From Cyanobacteria bacterium P01_F01_bin.150 (GTDB taxonomy: Bacteria > Cyanobacteriota > Cyanobacteriia > CAKZMO01): a stretch of 64,000 bases of DNA. The stretch covers positions 64,001-128,000 of the forward strand of contig JBCCYL010000002.1 in the NCBI GenBank assembly GCA_039189765.1. The letters run 5' to 3'. Of this stretch, positions 50,920 to 61,162 are shown in pieces. Position numbers and translations under genes: made by a program. How positions within the stretch are numbered: the first letter of the stretch is position 1; each line of letters begins with the position of its first letter. A model generated the notes under the pieces. That model saw only the letters and a program-made list of their open reading frames with translations. It did not search any database and was not told where the DNA came from.

Positions 50920-52416
50920 ATGTTTGACGCCTTATCGGAACGCCTTGAATCTGCCTGGAAAAGCTTGAGAGGTCATGACAAGATCTCTGACTCCAATATT
51001 CAAGATGCGCTGAGAGAGGTTCGACGCGCTTTGCTAGAGGCGGATGTCAACCTACAGGTGGTGAAAGGCTTCATTGCAGATGTGCAAGAAAAGGCTCAGG
51101 GCGCTGATGTTGTCGCAGGAGTACGTCCTGATCAGCAGTTCATCAAAATTGTTTATGACGAGCTGCTGAAACTGATGGGGGAAACTAATGCCCCTCTAGC
51201 CCATGCGGAATCAGCTCCTACCATAGTTTTGATGGCGGGACTGCAAGGAACGGGTAAAACCACCGCATCGGCCAAACTGGCGCTTCATCTCCGCAAGCAG
51301 AATCGTAGTTCTCTACTTGTCGCCACGGACGTTTACCGCCCTGCAGCAATTGATCAGCTACAAACCCTGGGGAAACAGATTAACATCCCGGTCTTTGACA
51401 TGGGGAGCGACGCTAATCCAGTAGAAATTGCTCGTCACGGTATAGAGAAAGCTAAAGCTGACGGCATTGACACAGTGATTATTGATACTGCCGGTCGCTT
51501 GCAGATTGATGCAGACATGATGGGAGAGCTAGCTGAAGTAAAGCGGGTTGCCAAGCCTGACGATGTCTTGCTAGTGGTTGATGCGATGACCGGTCAAGAG
51601 GCTGCCAACCTAACCCATACGTTTCACGACCAAATAGGCATCACTGGCGCTATCCTCACCAAGATGGACGGCGATACCCGAGGCGGAGCAGCCCTCTCCG
51701 TTCGCCAAATTTCAGGCCAACCCATTAAATTTATTGGGGTTGGAGAAAAGGTTGAAGCGCTTCAGCCGTTTTATCCCGATCGTATGGCATCCCGTATTTT
51801 GGGCATGGGGGATGTGCTAACTCTAGTTGAAAAGGCTCAAGAAGAGGTCGATTTTGCTGAAGCTGAGAAAATGCAAGAGAAAATTCTCTCTGCTCAGTTC
51901 GATTTCAACGATTTTCTTAAGCAGAGCCGTCTGATGAAGACCATGGGATCGTTTGGTGGTTTAGCCAAGATGATTCCTGGGATGAATAAGATTTCTGGTG
52001 ACCAGCTAGAAAAAGCAGAAGTGCAGCTTAAGCGGTGCGAGGCAATGATTGGTTCTATGACCGTAGAAGAGCGCCGCAATCCTGAGCTGCTATCTCAGTC
52101 TCCAAGTCGCCGTAAGCGTATCGCGAAGGGGTCAGGACATACCCTAAACGATGTTAGTAAGTTAGTAAGTGATTTTCAGAAGATGCGATCGCTCATGCAA
52201 CAGATGGGCCAGGGTAACTTTGGCATGCCAGGAATGGGCGGTGGTATGCCAGGAATGGGTGGTGGCATGCCGGGAATGGGTGGCCTCGGCAATATGTTTG
52301 GTGGCATGCCAGGGATGGGGGGAGGTGCTCAGCCAGGCTTTAGGGGATATCAAAACCCCATGTCTCGTAAGAAGAAGAAAAAAGCTAAGAAGAAAAAAGG
52401 ATTTGGCAGCCTTTAA
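50920..52416 (+). CDS. ffh: Signal recognition particle protein Ffh
   Basis: ALLEADV, GLQGTGKTT, DTAGR, TKMDG, PDRMASRILGMGD; GMPGMGG low-complexity tail. Confidence 0.97.
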   Translation: MFDALSERLESAWKSLRGHDKISDSNIQDALREVRRALLEADVNLQVVKGFIADVQEKAQGADVVAGVRPDQQFIKIVYDELLKLMGETNAPLAHAESAPTIVLMAGLQGTGKTTASAKLALHLRKQNRSSLLVATDVYRPAAIDQLQTLGKQINIPVFDMGSDANPVEIARHGIEKAKADGIDTVIIDTAGRLQIDADMMGELAEVKRVAKPDDVLLVVDAMTGQEAANLTHTFHDQIGITGAILTKMDGDTRGGAALSVRQISGQPIKFIGVGEKVEALQPFYPDRMASRILGMGDVLTLVEKAQEEVDFAEAEKMQEKILSAQFDFNDFLKQSRLMKTMGSFGGLAKMIPGMNKISGDQLEKAEVQLKRCEAMIGSMTVEERRNPELLSQSPSRRKRIAKGSGHTLNDVSKLVSDFQKMRSLMQQMGQGNFGMPGMGGGMPGMGGGMPGMGGLGNMFGGMPGMGGGAQPGFRGYQNPMSRKKKKKAKKKKGFGSL

Positions 52417-52744
52417 TGTTGCATTGACTTTAATATTCAGCAAAAGAGAGTATCAACTTTGGTTGGGTTGTGGGGCTGCGTCGCGCCCTCAGAAACGTTT
52501 ATATTTTTCGCCTTAAAGAAACCCGCAGAAAATCTTGTAAGATTTTCCACGCATTTGTAAGAGTTACTGATTAATTGGTTGAAGTTGCACGCCGAGCAGT
52601 GATATGATTTATAGCCTGCGTGTTTACGTAGCGTAGAAATTCTCATCATGGAGCGTCCTGCAACGGTCTAGTTCTTCGTTGTGTGCGTTGGAATGATGTT
52701 TCAAGTAATGCAATTTAGGTTTTTTAGGAGATAGTTTTCCGAAA

Positions 52745-52996
52745 ATGGTTAAGTTAAGACTTAAGCGGTACGGCAAAAAGCGTGAAGTTAGTTACCGAAT
52801 TGTGGCAATGAACAGTCGCTCTCGCCGTGACGGTCGGCCATTGGAAGAGCTGGGTTTCTATAATCCTCGTACAGATGAGACTCGCCTAAACGTTCCTGCT
52901 ATTGTTAAGCGCTTAAAAGATGGTGCTCAGCCCACTGATACAGTACGTGCTATCCTGACGAAAGCTAACGTATTTGAGCAAGTGCAAGCAGGCTAG
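52745..52996 (+). CDS. rpsP: 30S ribosomal protein S16
   Basis: [32 protein letters not shown]. Confidence 0.97.
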   Translation: MVKLRLKRYGKKREVSYRIVAMNSRSRRDGRPLEELGFYNPRTDETRLNVPAIVKRLKDGAQPTDTVRAILTKANVFEQVQAG

Positions 52997-53234
52997 CTTA
53001 TGTCTAGGATGCTGTAGATTGAGTGCGATACTTAACATGCCAGATGATTGGATGGTCAGTTTGCTCAGTGCGCAGTCTATTCAACAGTTAACTTATCTCT
53101 TAGTGAGTATTTAAATTGTTTGAGGGGCTGGCTATTGATATAGCTGAGCTTCTGGCTTGTTCTGTAAGTACGATCAGTATGGCAAGTCTAAAGATAGAAG
53201 AAGCACCACAAGTGTTTCTTAGGAGATACCTGAT

Positions 53235-53642
53235 ATGACCTCTGAAAGCACCCCCTCTGACACCATTGCATTATCTTCGGGTGAGGACAAGTCAGTTGAT
53301 TATGCCGAAGTCATTCGTTTTCTAATTGGACCTTTTTTGGACTCTCCCGATTCACTACGCCTTAATTGTGAAACTAATCCTAGGAATGGGCGAGTGTTAA
53401 TTCGCCTCGCTATTGAGGGTGAAGATAAGGGAAAAGTGTTTGGACGTGGTGGACGAAACATACAGGCTGTCCGAACAACGTTGCAAGCTGTGTCGGTTGC
53501 AATGAACCAGAAAGTACATTTGGAGATTTACGGTAGTGACTCAGGGCGACGGAAAAGCGATCGCCCGTCTAATGGGGGGGGACGGCGTTCATCACCTAAT
53601 CCTCCTCGACGCAACTCCCGTCCGCGCCCTAATCTCTCTTAA
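53235..53642 (+). CDS. KH-domain RNA-binding protein (KhpA-like)
   Basis: DKGKVFGRGGRNIQAVR; between rpsP and phoH. Confidence 0.9.
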   Translation: MTSESTPSDTIALSSGEDKSVDYAEVIRFLIGPFLDSPDSLRLNCETNPRNGRVLIRLAIEGEDKGKVFGRGGRNIQAVRTTLQAVSVAMNQKVHLEIYGSDSGRRKSDRPSNGGGRRSSPNPPRRNSRPRPNLS

Positions 53643-54596
53643 ATGACCTATACTCAATCGATTGATCTTCTTAGTGCGGAAAATGCGATCGCGTTAACAG
53701 GCGATCGCCACGATCCCGTCAAGCAGCTTGCTCAACTTACTGGAGCAACCGTTGTCATGAGAGGCCAGGACCTGTTAATTTCAGGAACTGAAAGCGCTGT
53801 CAACCAGTGTGTTCGCCTGGTTCAGGCATTGGAACCTTACTGGAGTAAAGGCCAACCCATCACAGGGGTTGAAATTTTAACGGCACGCCACGCCTTAAAC
53901 ACCAAGCGTCAAGATGATTTAAGGGCATTACAGGATGATGTCTTGACGCGTACCCGCAAGGGACAGGTGGTTCGAGCCAAAACATTTCATCAACGACAGT
54001 ATGTTCAGGCTATTCGCAATCATGATCTGACCTTTTGTATTGGTCCAGCGGGAACGGGTAAAACTTATCTAGCCGCCATATTGGGGGTTCAAGCTCTATT
54101 GGATGAAGAATTTGAGCGTTTGATTTTGACGCGCCCTGCGGTGGAAGCAGGGGAAAAGCTAGGATTTCTGCCTGGTGATCTTCAGGAAAAGATTAATCCT
54201 TATCTACGTCCCCTCTATGATGCGCTATATGAGCTAATTGATCCACTTAAGGTTCCTAGTCTGATGGAGAAAGGAACGATTGAAATTGCTCCTCTTGCCT
54301 ACATGCGAGGCCGTACCCTCTCTAACGCCTTCGTGATTTTGGATGAGGCCCAAAATACAACTCCAGCGCAAATGAAGATGGTTCTCACTCGTCTGGGATT
54401 TAACTCTCGCATGGTGGTAACGGGTGATGTCACCCAAACCGACCTTCCTTCTTCGCAAAAGTCTGGACTATTTGTTGCCCAATCGGTTCTTCGAAATATT
54501 GATGACATTGCATTCTGCAAACTGACTCAGGCTGATGTAGTCCGTCATCCTCTCGTTCAGAAAATTGTCAAAGCTTATGAGGAACATCGTGCCTAG
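53643..54596 (+). CDS. phoH: PhoH-family ATPase
   Basis: GPAGTGKT, RPAVEAGEKLGFLPGD, YMRGRT, DEAQN, VVRHPLV. Confidence 0.94.
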   Translation: MTYTQSIDLLSAENAIALTGDRHDPVKQLAQLTGATVVMRGQDLLISGTESAVNQCVRLVQALEPYWSKGQPITGVEILTARHALNTKRQDDLRALQDDVLTRTRKGQVVRAKTFHQRQYVQAIRNHDLTFCIGPAGTGKTYLAAILGVQALLDEEFERLILTRPAVEAGEKLGFLPGDLQEKINPYLRPLYDALYELIDPLKVPSLMEKGTIEIAPLAYMRGRTLSNAFVILDEAQNTTPAQMKMVLTRLGFNSRMVVTGDVTQTDLPSSQKSGLFVAQSVLRNIDDIAFCKLTQADVVRHPLVQKIVKAYEEHRA

Positions 54597-54611
54597 GTAA
54601 TGCCTCAAAGT

Positions 54612-54644
54612 GATTTTGGCATGACCAGCCATCATGCCAAAATC
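54612..54644. terminator. 13-bp-stem hairpin between convergent genes, possible terminator
   Basis: GATTTTGGCATGA-CCAGCCA-TCATGCCAAAATC. Confidence 0.6.
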
Positions 54645-54734
54645 GCGATAATTTGTCGAAGGCTCGGCGAAGCTGCGCTCTCAATAAAAAACGTTCCGAT
54701 TCTATTGCGTGAGCGTTCCTTGGCAATAATAGCT

Positions 54735-55532
54735 TTAGAAAGCTTTACCAGATTCCACATGATTTAGAATTCCCCGTAAAACGCCACTTTTGCCCTTGCA
54801 GTTTAGCTGGAGTACTTCGCCCGCCAATGCCCCTGCATCTTTTAAGCTGAACACGATCTCGGTTAATCGATGGCTCATATATCCAGTAATTAACACGACT
54901 AAATTACACCGATATATTTTGGACTTAACGCGATTGCGAGTCGTATTCGCTTCATTCATGCGAGGAATTTCAACAAAATGCTTAAGGCCATAATGGGCCT
55001 GTAATTCTTGAATAACCCCTCGACGAGTACTTGGATGGCCACCAACAAGGGCTAAACGAAAATCTGAAAGGTCTAGAGATGAGGGTGGAATCGAAGAGTC
55101 ACCAGACTGAAAAGAAGATATGGCTTCACTGCTTGCCCCATCATTCTGTCTCGGCTCTATTATCACTCCTTGATGGGTAGAATCCAAGGAAGTTGAAGGT
55201 TCCAGAGAAGACTGAGCGGCTAAAGCACTTAAGTCTTCCTCTAAAATTAAAACCTGTAACTGTAACTCATCCCGTTCCTGAATGATTCGTTCAGTTTCTT
55301 GCTTGGCCTTCTGTAATTCCCCATCAGTATATTGCAATAGTTCCTGCATTTCCTGGTGGAGGCGAGCGCATTCGGCTTCCGCTATTTCCAATGCGGCCCT
55401 AAGTAGCTGCACTTTACGACGATCCTTGCCGCTTAAGCCACCAATCGCTTGGCTAAGCATGGATGAAATCGGGTTAACAATAGCTCTTGGCCAATTAGTC
55501 GGTTTAAAGCGCTTCATCCTCTCACCCTCCAT
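54735..55532 (-). CDS. Coiled-coil protein with a C-terminal DUF2325-like domain
   Basis: E/Q/L-rich heptads then ALVGG..LVVLITGYMSH. Confidence 0.7.
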   Translation of the reverse strand: MEGERMKRFKPTNWPRAIVNPISSMLSQAIGGLSGKDRRKVQLLRAALEIAEAECARLHQEMQELLQYTDGELQKAKQETERIIQERDELQLQVLILEEDLSALAAQSSLEPSTSLDSTHQGVIIEPRQNDGASSEAISSFQSGDSSIPPSSLDLSDFRLALVGGHPSTRRGVIQELQAHYGLKHFVEIPRMNEANTTRNRVKSKIYRCNLVVLITGYMSHRLTEIVFSLKDAGALAGEVLQLNCKGKSGVLRGILNHVESGKAF

Positions 55533-55772
55533 TTTACAAAGCAGGTATCATCTTTACCATCGCAAACACCTTTTTAACAGAGAGCGATTTAGACCTGTAA
55601 AGCATAGATTTTAAAAAATCGACCCCACAGGTAAAGTCAAGCGTATAAGATCGGCCTGCCACCGATTTTTACCAGACAATGCTGCTGAACTGATACCAAA
55701 TAAATGCGGTTTATCTTAAGCATATTTCTTGAGTATAGCGATCTCTATTGGAAACGGAGTAAGACCAATACA

Positions 55773-56447
55773 ATGAATTTACCTAAACTACGTTTTTTTC
55801 TGGATACAGCAAACGTAGATGCATGGAAAATATGGTTACCCACTGGATTATTTTACGGGGTGACAACAAATCCATTGTTGCTAGAGCGAGCTGACGCACC
55901 ATGTACTGTGGAATCCTTGAAAAGCGTGGCAGACATAGCCTTCAATCTGGGTGCTCAAAATGTTCAGCTACAAACCTGGGGTACAACAGTAGAGAAAATG
56001 GTTTCAACAGGGAAGGCGTTAGCAGCGGTTAGTAATCGCATCACAGTAAAAGTCCCTTTAACCCAGGTTGGTATTCAAGCAACCCGTGAATTGCGCTGTG
56101 CCAAGATTAGCATTACATTAACGGCCTGCTATGCTCACCACCAGGTAATTATCGCAGACGCTGCCTCTGCCGATTATGTTGCGCCTTATCTGGGGAGAAT
56201 GAACGATCTGGAGATGGACGGACGCAAGGAAATTAGCAACATGCAACGATCCTTGAGTGCTTTGCATAGCCGTACTCGTATTTTAGTCGCTAGCATTAGA
56301 TCCGTAGATGACATTACAGCTTTGACAATGAATGGCTTAGATACGTTTACGTTTTCGCCAGCGATCGCCCAAGCTCTTTTTGATGTTCCACCTACGCAAA
56401 AGGCTGCAGCGGATTTTCAACGTGCAGCCCAAGCGATGCAGAAATGA
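55773..56447 (+). CDS. Transaldolase/FSA-family protein (short type)
   Basis: FFLDTA, GVTTNP, VKVP, APYLGR, ILVASIR; ATG 55773 preferred over 55704. Confidence 0.88.
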   Translation: MNLPKLRFFLDTANVDAWKIWLPTGLFYGVTTNPLLLERADAPCTVESLKSVADIAFNLGAQNVQLQTWGTTVEKMVSTGKALAAVSNRITVKVPLTQVGIQATRELRCAKISITLTACYAHHQVIIADAASADYVAPYLGRMNDLEMDGRKEISNMQRSLSALHSRTRILVASIRSVDDITALTMNGLDTFTFSPAIAQALFDVPPTQKAAADFQRAAQAMQK

Positions 56448-56448
56448 C

Positions 56449-56685
56449 TTAGCATTTATTTAGGTCAATGCCAGCCTGCTTAGCCATCGCTTCAATGCCT
56501 TTATTCTTTAAGGTTTTAATCGCTTTGGTGGACAGGCGTAATTTGACCCATTTGTTGCCTTGGGGCCACCATACCCGCTTGTACTGTAGATTTACACCCT
56601 GCAATTTCTTAGTACGACGGTGAGAGTGGGATACCGCATATCCGTTATTTGCTTTTTTTCCAGTCAGTTGACAAACCCGAGACAT
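56449..56685 (-). CDS. rpmB: 50S ribosomal protein L28
   Basis: [34 protein letters not shown]. Confidence 0.97.
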   Translation of the reverse strand: MSRVCQLTGKKANNGYAVSHSHRRTKKLQGVNLQYKRVWWPQGNKWVKLRLSTKAIKTLKNKGIEAMAKQAGIDLNKC

Positions 56686-56878
56686 AGTCAGATCTCCAGC
56701 AGCTTAATTTCATTAAATAGCACAGTCTCTGATTGTACCTTAAACCCTACCGTAGAACCAGTTGAAAATAAGTCTAGTGCGTCTTCAAGTTTTAATTTTG
56801 AGGTAAATCCCAGGGGATTTATCTCAACTCTCAAGATTTAAAGAGCACTGGTGAGGCTAGAGAGCCTCAAGATATGTG

Positions 56879-56920
56879 GAACCGCGATCGCATCCTACAA
56901 TGAGGGGGCGATCGCGGTTC
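56879..56920. repeat. Hairpin whose two arms each contain HIP1
   Basis: GAACCGCGATCGC-16 nt-GCGATCGCGGTTC. Confidence 0.75.
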
Positions 56921-56948
56921 AATTACTCGCAAGGACTACTTTTGCTCG

Positions 56949-59900
56949 TTAATTAGGCTGAGTTGTATTGTCAGTGTCGTCTTTTTTAAGACCCAATGCC
57001 CATAACTCTCGACCAATGCTCTCGCGATCCTCTATCGGAACAACAGTAGGAGTCGTGCCTCTCGCAGTAAAGAACAGGCGATTTCCGACATTAATAAAGT
57101 CACTTGGATTTGAACCACTGTTGTCTGTTTCATATATCCCATTCGCATTTACTATTGGAACCTCTACTTCCTCACTCTCATCATTAATTTCCGTTGTGGT
57201 CTGTACAATTGGCCGATAGATATCCTCAACCATCTGCGTCCCATCTGCTGTCCCATCACTCTTCCATAGCTCCTGTCCGAATACCCCATCATTAGCGGAG
57301 AAGTATAAAACGCCATCAATTGCAATAAAGCTTTCCAATGATGATGAACTATCCGGATTGATATTTTTCACCAATAAAGGATCGTGGAAATTGGCACTAT
57401 CGGCAGGATTAATATTGATTGACCAGAGTTCTTTATCATTACTCGCATCCCGTGCTGCAAACATTAGCTTATCACCAAGAACTGTTAGCTCTTCTATAAG
57501 AGGAGAACTGTCTCCTGCTAAGTCTGTAATCCGTCTGGCCACATCATCATTGGTATCAACCGTTCCATTTTGATCGACGTACCATAGTTCAATTTGCTTC
57601 TCGCTGTTTATCTCGCTTTCAGCCAAGAAGTAAAGCGTTTGACTGTTGTCGGGTGCTGTCACTTGGAGGAAAGAACCATCGTTAAATCCAGTAATCACTT
57701 CAGAGGTTGCTAGAGTTTGGATATTATCGGGGACCGTTTGATCCTTCTGAATCCGCTTTAAGGCATTATCGTCTGTAAAATACAGCGTATCACCCACTGC
57801 AGTTAGATTCTCCGGTGAAGCAACAGACGTCAATAATATTTCCGCACCATCTTTGACGTCTGTTTCCTTGGAGTCATAACGGTACAGCGACTTACTTTTA
57901 TCTAGGAAATAGAGAATATCATCGACTACCGTTAACCCACTAAGCGTGTTGTTTATCGAGAGGTCGTCATCTGTTGTTACATTTGTTTTGACAGTGAGAG
58001 TAGAGCCGGTGACTCCCCATAACTCAGAACCTTTTGCCGTTGTTACTTGTACTGCCTGATCATTATCCTTGCCAAATGATGTAGCAGTGAAATAAAGAGT
58101 ATTGTCCACAACTGTAAACTCTGAAGCGGTAAAATCAAATACGGCATCATTTTCGGCATCAGTTGCCCCGTCTCCTGCAAGCATCTCTAAACCAGATGCA
58201 CCTTCTGTCCAAAGCGCCTGCTTACCGTTGATCGTCCCCAAGAAGTAAAGCTGGTTATTCACCACCGACAAGTTAGAAATAGATTCAAAGTCTTGGGGAT
58301 TTTCAAAGGCCACTTTGACAGTAGTTTCTTCAGAGCTATCCTCACTGGCTCCACTGGACTTCCAAATCGCTTCTCCGTTACCATCGTTGGCGACAAAAAA
58401 TACATCAGTGTCAATACTAACCATTTTATCGGCCTTAACTCCGTCTCCAAAGCCTGCGTTAATATCCTTGGTGAGCGCAGGAACGTCATTTAGAGGGAAT
58501 AGGGCCAACTCCAAGTGATAGTAAGACGCATTATCTGGATCAGGAGTATTGGTACCTGTGAAGGGTGCAGGATAGACATTGAGGTAATAGGTTCCAGCCT
58601 CTAAGTTCCCCCCTGCTGATTCCACTAAATCTCCTGGTTTGGCAGATAGACTCACTGACTCAGTGGTTATTGGGTTTGTACCAACTTGTCTAAGTAACTC
58701 CACATCTAGATTACTATCTATCGTCCCTTCGATATCAGGATCAAATATATCTACCAAGTCAACGCCAAGGTAGCTTTTTTCATCTAAGACAATTTTGTAA
58801 TAATCACTTGGGTCCTCTCCTCCAACCCATAGTGCCTCATCGGGATCGTCACCAAAGATGACTCTATTTGTGTAGGTTGTATCAACCAAGGCATCAAGAG
58901 CCTCCTGGGGCAACGTTCTTGCTTCAGCAAGGGTATCACCGGCCTCAAAACTATCTGCCTGTTCTGGAATGGCGGCTAGATTTAATGTGTAGTCTTTGGA
59001 TACGATTCCTGCACTAGCGGCTTCCACCTTGAGTAAGTAGGAGCCTGCGGCCAAATCAGTGGAAAAGTTTTCCGCTGGAGTGATAATTTCATCGCCTATC
59101 CCAACACCAGGATTCTGGGGTAAAAGCTCTATCGCAGAGCCATCTTGGCTCAAGATGGACATGTTGAGATCGCCCGCTAAATCGGTGAGGGTAAAGCGAA
59201 TTTCAGAATCACGGGAAAGTTCAAAGGCAAAGTAATCGACTGGATCGTCAGCATCAATTGAGAAGGGAGCATCGCTAAAATTCGCATGATTGTTATCAAG
59301 GAGGGTGGACCTGAAGCTTAGAAAAGGCAGTTGGTCAGCTGTTGCGGGCGTGTCATTATCATCTCGTGATAGAGCAGATCCGGTAATAGAATAATTGCTT
59401 TCAGTCCCCGCGAGAGGCTGAAAAACATGTAAATAGTAGTTCCCAGCTTCTAAGGTTTCCGAAAAGGTTTCGCTGGTCGTTCCTCCATTGTCAGATGTCT
59501 GGACTAGAGCATTATTGCTGTCTAATAATTGAACATCAATGTCTGCCGTTAAATTACCAATGCTCAGATCGACGTTTGCCCGACTCGCTAATGAAAAGGA
59601 ATAATAGTCAGCAGTATCGGAATCGCTGATAGAAAAGGGTTCAGAGCCTGATGGTAATCCGGTTAGATCCGCAGCCGTGTATGTCTTAGACGTTTCGGAT
59701 AAAGTTAACCCTAACGCTGTCTGAAATGTTTCATTCCCATCTGCCACAACAACTGGCGTAGGGGTTACTGACGGAGTTGGCGTAGCTACAGTAGGGGTTA
59801 CTGACGGGGTTGGCGTAGCTACAGTAGGGGTTACTGACGGGGTTGGCGTAGCTACAGTAGGGGTTACTGACGGGGTTGGCGTTACCGATGGCGTAGGAGT

Positions 59901-60398
59901 AAGGTCAGGCGTAGCCTCGATTTCCGTGCTGGCTACATCAATCCTGTACTTCACTTTATTTTTTTTACTGGCTCCTTTGTTGGGTCTAACCCGAATAAAG
60001 TATTCACCTGCTTCTAGGGATTGAATAATGCTTTCATCTTTTTTGCCACCCCTTTTAGAGATGGCAAGTCGAGTCAGGCTTCTGTTGAAATGCTTTTTAA
60101 ATTTACTTTGCAGCTTTAATTTCTTACTAAAAGGGTTGGTAAAAAGATCACTGAACTCTCTTCTTTTAATTTTATTGAAAGAATTTTTAGGGCCAGCTTC
60201 TTTCCGCTGATAAAGCTCAACGTCCACGTTGCTGCTAAGGTCTGTCAACGATAAATCGATGTTACTGCTTTTCCCCAGGGAGAAAGTGTACAAATCAGTT
60301 AGGTCTTTTTTCCCGACCCTATCTTTATTGCTGAAACTTTCACCAGATGATGAGAATACGATATCCGTTGCTTTTTTAAGCGAATGATCCTTCGGCAT
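56949..60398 (-). CDS. Large extracellular-type protein: PPC-like domains + Thr/Pro linker + ELWxxDGT beta-propeller
   Basis: About four DxYxF..DxDxxL..L.AGxYY units; GQELWKSDGTADGT, KELWS, GRELWAL. Confidence 0.85.
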   Translation of the reverse strand: MPKDHSLKKATDIVFSSSGESFSNKDRVGKKDLTDLYTFSLGKSSNIDLSLTDLSSNVDVELYQRKEAGPKNSFNKIKRREFSDLFTNPFSKKLKLQSKFKKHFNRSLTRLAISKRGGKKDESIIQSLEAGEYFIRVRPNKGASKKNKVKYRIDVASTEIEATPDLTPTPSVTPTPSVTPTVATPTPSVTPTVATPTPSVTPTVATPTPSVTPTPVVVADGNETFQTALGLTLSETSKTYTAADLTGLPSGSEPFSISDSDTADYYSFSLASRANVDLSIGNLTADIDVQLLDSNNALVQTSDNGGTTSETFSETLEAGNYYLHVFQPLAGTESNYSITGSALSRDDNDTPATADQLPFLSFRSTLLDNNHANFSDAPFSIDADDPVDYFAFELSRDSEIRFTLTDLAGDLNMSILSQDGSAIELLPQNPGVGIGDEIITPAENFSTDLAAGSYLLKVEAASAGIVSKDYTLNLAAIPEQADSFEAGDTLAEARTLPQEALDALVDTTYTNRVIFGDDPDEALWVGGEDPSDYYKIVLDEKSYLGVDLVDIFDPDIEGTIDSNLDVELLRQVGTNPITTESVSLSAKPGDLVESAGGNLEAGTYYLNVYPAPFTGTNTPDPDNASYYHLELALFPLNDVPALTKDINAGFGDGVKADKMVSIDTDVFFVANDGNGEAIWKSSGASEDSSEETTVKVAFENPQDFESISNLSVVNNQLYFLGTINGKQALWTEGASGLEMLAGDGATDAENDAVFDFTASEFTVVDNTLYFTATSFGKDNDQAVQVTTAKGSELWGVTGSTLTVKTNVTTDDDLSINNTLSGLTVVDDILYFLDKSKSLYRYDSKETDVKDGAEILLTSVASPENLTAVGDTLYFTDDNALKRIQKDQTVPDNIQTLATSEVITGFNDGSFLQVTAPDNSQTLYFLAESEINSEKQIELWYVDQNGTVDTNDDVARRITDLAGDSSPLIEELTVLGDKLMFAARDASNDKELWSININPADSANFHDPLLVKNINPDSSSSLESFIAIDGVLYFSANDGVFGQELWKSDGTADGTQMVEDIYRPIVQTTTEINDESEEVEVPIVNANGIYETDNSGSNPSDFINVGNRLFFTARGTTPTVVPIEDRESIGRELWALGLKKDDTDNTTQPN
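59758..59897 (-). repeat. 33-bp coding tandem repeat (VATPTPSVTPT), ~4 copies
   Basis: GTAGGGGTTACTGACGG at 59758, 59791, 59824, 59857. Confidence 0.9.
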
Positions 60399-60557
60399 TT
60401 GTTCGAAGTTCCTTTTTGTGGTAGTGCTGCCTCCATCCTGTCTTTTGTTAGAAAAAAAAGAGTCGTTAGTTTTGTCGATTTTTACCTGGAACTCTGCGTA
60501 TCTGTCGGTAAAAATACGCTATTCTCCTATTTCCAACCCTTATAAAGAGGAGTTTCG

Positions 60558-60638
60558 GGCTTAAAACTTAAGCCGGGACGCATTTAACGGGATACTGGGG
60601 CGCTCCGCACCCCAGTATCCCGCCTTAAAATACAAGCC
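60558..60638. mobile_element. 81-bp MITE-like element with 9-bp target-site duplication
   Basis: GGAGTTTCG at 60549-60557 and 60639-60647; ends GGCTTAAAACTTAAGCCGGGA / rc GGCTTGTATTTTAAGGCGGGA (16/21 match). Confidence 0.75.
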
Positions 60639-60663
60639 GGAGTTTCGTTTTAATGTGAAACAG

Positions 60664-60708
60664 ACTTAATAGGATTGTGGGCGCGACGCGCCCACAATCC
60701 TATTAAGT
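60664..60708. repeat. Perfect 21-bp-stem hairpin, loop GAC/GTC
   Basis: ACTTAATAGGATTGTGGGCGC-GAC-GCGCCCACAATCCTATTAAGT. Confidence 0.85.
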
Positions 60709-61162
60709 TGCTATCCACAAAGAGTCCGATCATCGGCTTATTCTTTAAGCTGGGATTAAGCTGGGATTAAGCTAACAGTGCTATGAGGTATGGAGCGTAC
60801 TACAACACTGTCTTGAAATACAGGCCCGATCCTTAACATGTAATTGCGAAACGGATGCTTAACCCACGATGGTCTCTGTTGCGATCGCCACCTTGACTAA
60901 GATATTTTTTGTTGAATTAGCAAGTGATTTTACGGATCGTCATTTGAAGTTACTGTAAAGCGTCAGATAATGCTGCAAAGGAGCGATAAAGTGGTGTGAG
61001 AGGCTACCTTCAATCCACTTGACGTTATCATCGTTACGTTGTGGATTAAGAGAGTAGGGGTGCTTGCTCAAGTTATTTCTTCACTGCATGTCCTAAATAT
61101 TTTCCAGAATAGGGCTTATGCGGGGTTGAAGGGATTGAGGGAACATAACAGATTGTGCATTA

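Noticed and set aside
52222..52326. GMPGMGG 21-bp repeats in ffh
   Set aside because: Ordinary low-complexity Gly/Met tail of Ffh
60540..60780. Cluster of palindromes and repeats as a possible CRISPR array
   Set aside because: No identical repeats with regular unique spacers and no cas genes; explained by a MITE plus hairpins
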